From Nitrospirota bacterium (lineage in GTDB: Bacteria; Nitrospirota; JACRHJ01): DNA of 55,656 bases. Location: positions 1-55,656 of the forward strand of contig CAWJRJ010000037.1 of NCBI GenBank assembly GCA_963845245.1. The letters are read 5' to 3'. How positions within the stretch are numbered: the stretch's first letter is position 1; each line of letters starts with the position of its first letter. The notes beneath the pieces were generated by a model, which was given only the letters and a program-made list of their open reading frames with translations, made no database searches and was not told where the DNA came from. Of the stretch, positions 52,023 to 55,656 are shown piece by piece. Position numbers and translations under genes: made by a program.

Positions 52023-52077
52023 GCGTAAAACCACCACCTTTCCGTTGTTCTTTGAAATGTACCGCAAACTGAATTAG

Positions 52078-52106
52078 ACCATAGACGAGCTACATTGATT
52101 TGTCAA
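52078..52106 (-). promoter_or_regulatory. Sigma70 promoter of the Mg-transport operon
   Basis: TTGACA-N17-TATGGT. Confidence 0.65.
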
Positions 52107-52329
52107 GCCAAAAACGACCGCCGCTGTCAACTTATTGCCAGACAGGCGTGAATTTTCAGCCAATTAAAAAGGTTGTGGCGCATGTAACGGCAATAAAAAG
52201 GTTTCCAATGGCAATCCTCAAGGCTCGCCGGGGCATGGCCCGTAGTTGCGTTTTTCAATAACATTTCCTAGTCTGTCTTCAAATAAGGGAAGCCTAAGTA
52301 TCCATTAAAAAGTTTAATATTGAAAAGGG

Positions 52330-52359
52330 TTGACAACCTCCCGTTCTAAATGTTAGTTT
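52330..52359 (+). promoter_or_regulatory. Putative atp operon promoter
   Basis: TTGACA-N18-TAGTTT with TG extension. Confidence 0.55.
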
Positions 52360-52412
52360 TGCAACGTTTTCAATAAAACCTAAAGCTGAACCATTTACCG
52401 GAGGTATAGGGT

Positions 52413-52838
52413 ATGGTAGACATAAATTACACGATTTTAGTGCAGCTCGCAAACTTCCTCGTACTGCTCTTCATCCTTAACTTCCTATTGTTCAGGCCTG
52501 TCCTTAAGCACCTCGCCGACAGGGACGGCAAGATATCGTCTTCACACGAAGAGGCCAGGGCTAGCGCGGAGAAGGCCGAGAACATGGTCGCAGAGTTCGA
52601 GCGCGAGCTCGCGACAAGCAGGGTGAAGGCCAGCCAGGTCTACCAGGCGCTCCAGCAGGAAGGCGTGTCCGAGCAGAGGGCAAGGCTTGCCGCCGCCAAG
52701 GCCAAGGCGCAGGAGATGGTCGATAAGGCCAAGTCCGAGATAGAGTCTGAAGCCGGCAAGGCGAGACAGACGCTTAAATCCGAGATGGAGAAGCTGCCGA
52801 AGGACATAGCCGCCAAGCTTCTGGGCAGGGCCGTTTAA
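52413..52838 (+). CDS. ATP synthase F0 subunit b'
   Basis: QLANFLVLLFILNFLLFRPV followed by coiled coil; first of two b-type genes. Confidence 0.9.
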   Translation: MVDINYTILVQLANFLVLLFILNFLLFRPVLKHLADRDGKISSSHEEARASAEKAENMVAEFERELATSRVKASQVYQALQQEGVSEQRARLAAAKAKAQEMVDKAKSEIESEAGKARQTLKSEMEKLPKDIAAKLLGRAV

Positions 52839-53443
52839 TGCTGAGGAACAAAATGAAAATCAGACCGGAATACAAAAAGGCCGCAAAAATAGCGTTGACA
52901 GTCTTTGGGATGGTTGCCTTGACCGCTGTTGCCGCATTTGCCGAGGCGGAAGGCGGCGAAGACGCCACGACCACCATGGATTGGGTATGGCGCATCGTAG
53001 ACTTTGCCATAATAGCCGGAGTGCTTGTATATTTTGTCTCCGGGCCTTTCAAGAACTTCTTCCGCAGCAGGGTCGAAGGTATAGAGGCCGCCCTTGCGGA
53101 GGCCAAGGCCGCACGCGAGGAGGCATTGAAGAGGCTTGCCGACGTCGAGGCCAGGCTCAAGGACAAGGACGCTGAGATACAGTCCCTCCTGAAGGTGGCC
53201 GAGGATAACGGGCAAAAGGAGAGGGCGCTCCTCCTCAAGGACAGTGAGCAGATGGGCGAAGACATATTGGCTTCGGCCAAAGAGAATATAGATGCCGAGC
53301 TTCTTAAGGCAAAGGACGCGTTGAGGCGCGAGGCAGCGCTGCTCGCGGTCGAGCTTGCCGAGAAGATGGTAAAGGAAAACATAAAGAAGGAAGACCAGGC
53401 CAGGATAGTCGAGGAGTACATAGCCAAGGTTGGGGGTCGATAA
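52838..53443 (+). CDS. atpF: ATP synthase F0 subunit b
   Basis: WRIVDFAIIAGVLVYF, LAVELAEK, DQARIVEEY. Confidence 0.9.
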   Translation: MLRNKMKIRPEYKKAAKIALTVFGMVALTAVAAFAEAEGGEDATTTMDWVWRIVDFAIIAGVLVYFVSGPFKNFFRSRVEGIEAALAEAKAAREEALKRLADVEARLKDKDAEIQSLLKVAEDNGQKERALLLKDSEQMGEDILASAKENIDAELLKAKDALRREAALLAVELAEKMVKENIKKEDQARIVEEYIAKVGGR

Positions 53444-53986
53444 ATGCTTAAGGATATCATTGCCAAGAGGTACGCAAAGGCCCTTTTATCCCTTGCCGGG
53501 CAGTCCGGGGAGACAGAGGCCGCTAAGAAAGACCTGACGGCGGTTGCTGAAATGTACAGGACGAGCAAGAACCTCCAGAGCGTGGTCTTGAACCCGGCCT
53601 TCAGTTCAAAGGACAAGACCAACGTGGTCAATGGCCTGGTAGCGGAGATGAAGCTGTCTACGGTTTCGGCCAGGTTCATAAACCTGCTGGTCGAGAAGGG
53701 GCGCTTCAGGTATATAAGGGAGGTCGCACTTTCCTACTCCGACCTTCTGGACATGACGCTTGGCAGGGTAAAGGCTACTGTCACGTCCGCCCAGGACCTC
53801 TCGGACGCCGAGGTCGCAAAGATAAAGGACCGCATCAAGGCCATGGTGGGCAAGGACGTCGAACTCAGCATGGAAGTGGACCCGACGCTGATAGGCGGGG
53901 TGAAGACGAAGATAGGCAGCACGGTTTACGACGGCAGCATTAGGAACCAGGTAAAGCTGGTGCGCGAATCGCTTTTGAAGGGCTGA
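53444..53986 (+). CDS. atpH: ATP synthase F1 subunit delta
   Basis: AKRYAKAL, VDPTLIGG, YDGSI. Confidence 0.94.
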   Translation: MLKDIIAKRYAKALLSLAGQSGETEAAKKDLTAVAEMYRTSKNLQSVVLNPAFSSKDKTNVVNGLVAEMKLSTVSARFINLLVEKGRFRYIREVALSYSDLLDMTLGRVKATVTSAQDLSDAEVAKIKDRIKAMVGKDVELSMEVDPTLIGGVKTKIGSTVYDGSIRNQVKLVRESLLKG

Positions 53987-54050
53987 TGCCGCTAACGGAT
54001 CGGTCCAGGACTAAAAGCAGCCTTTATATAAAATAAAAGCATTACATTAA

Positions 54051-55656
<1,606 letters not shown>

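Noticed and set aside
51642..52028. Plus-strand 128-aa ORF, or an M-box riboswitch
   Set aside because: The ORF overlaps the Mg-transport gene antisense with no recognisable motif; no ykoK-like structure or intrinsic terminator recognised by eye

Overview
Bacterial chromosomal segment from a Gram-negative organism (lpxC, bamD, lolA). Gene content and order (split atp operon starting atpF'-atpF-atpH-atpA, Geobacter-like cytochromes) suggest Nitrospirota or a Desulfobacterota-like lineage (inference). Many conserved genes carry single-base frameshifts (uvrA, rsmA, rnj, speE, speA, a P-type ATPase and others), most simply explained as long-read errors. Layout: cfa; a 6.7-kb run of about 12 small, same-strand accessory genes with three paralog pairs and six copies of a conserved ~35-bp promoter-like upstream motif; uvrA; a two-gene Type I-like restriction-modification island (HsdR plus an HsdM fused to a single AT-rich TRD); a repeat-dense spacer holding a perfect parS site; a beads-on-a-string six-heme cytochrome c; P-type ATPase/USP/DedA; rsmA-rnj-thiG-thiE-thiC-lolA-yajQ-diguanylate cyclase; polyamine genes interrupted by a NERD islet; ferredoxin-rph-rdgB-engB-PPIase-bamD; an ArsR-TauE-DsrE sulfur operon; lpxC; mtgA and a Mg-transport operon; and the atp operon. 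atpA breaks at ~54896 into unrelated very GC-rich DUF763 sequence, probably a chimeric join. Best candidates for new biology: the motif-punctuated small-gene array, two unannotated leader-peptide attenuators (upstream of the Mg-transport operon and of speD-speE), the modular cytochrome and the M-S-fused RM system.
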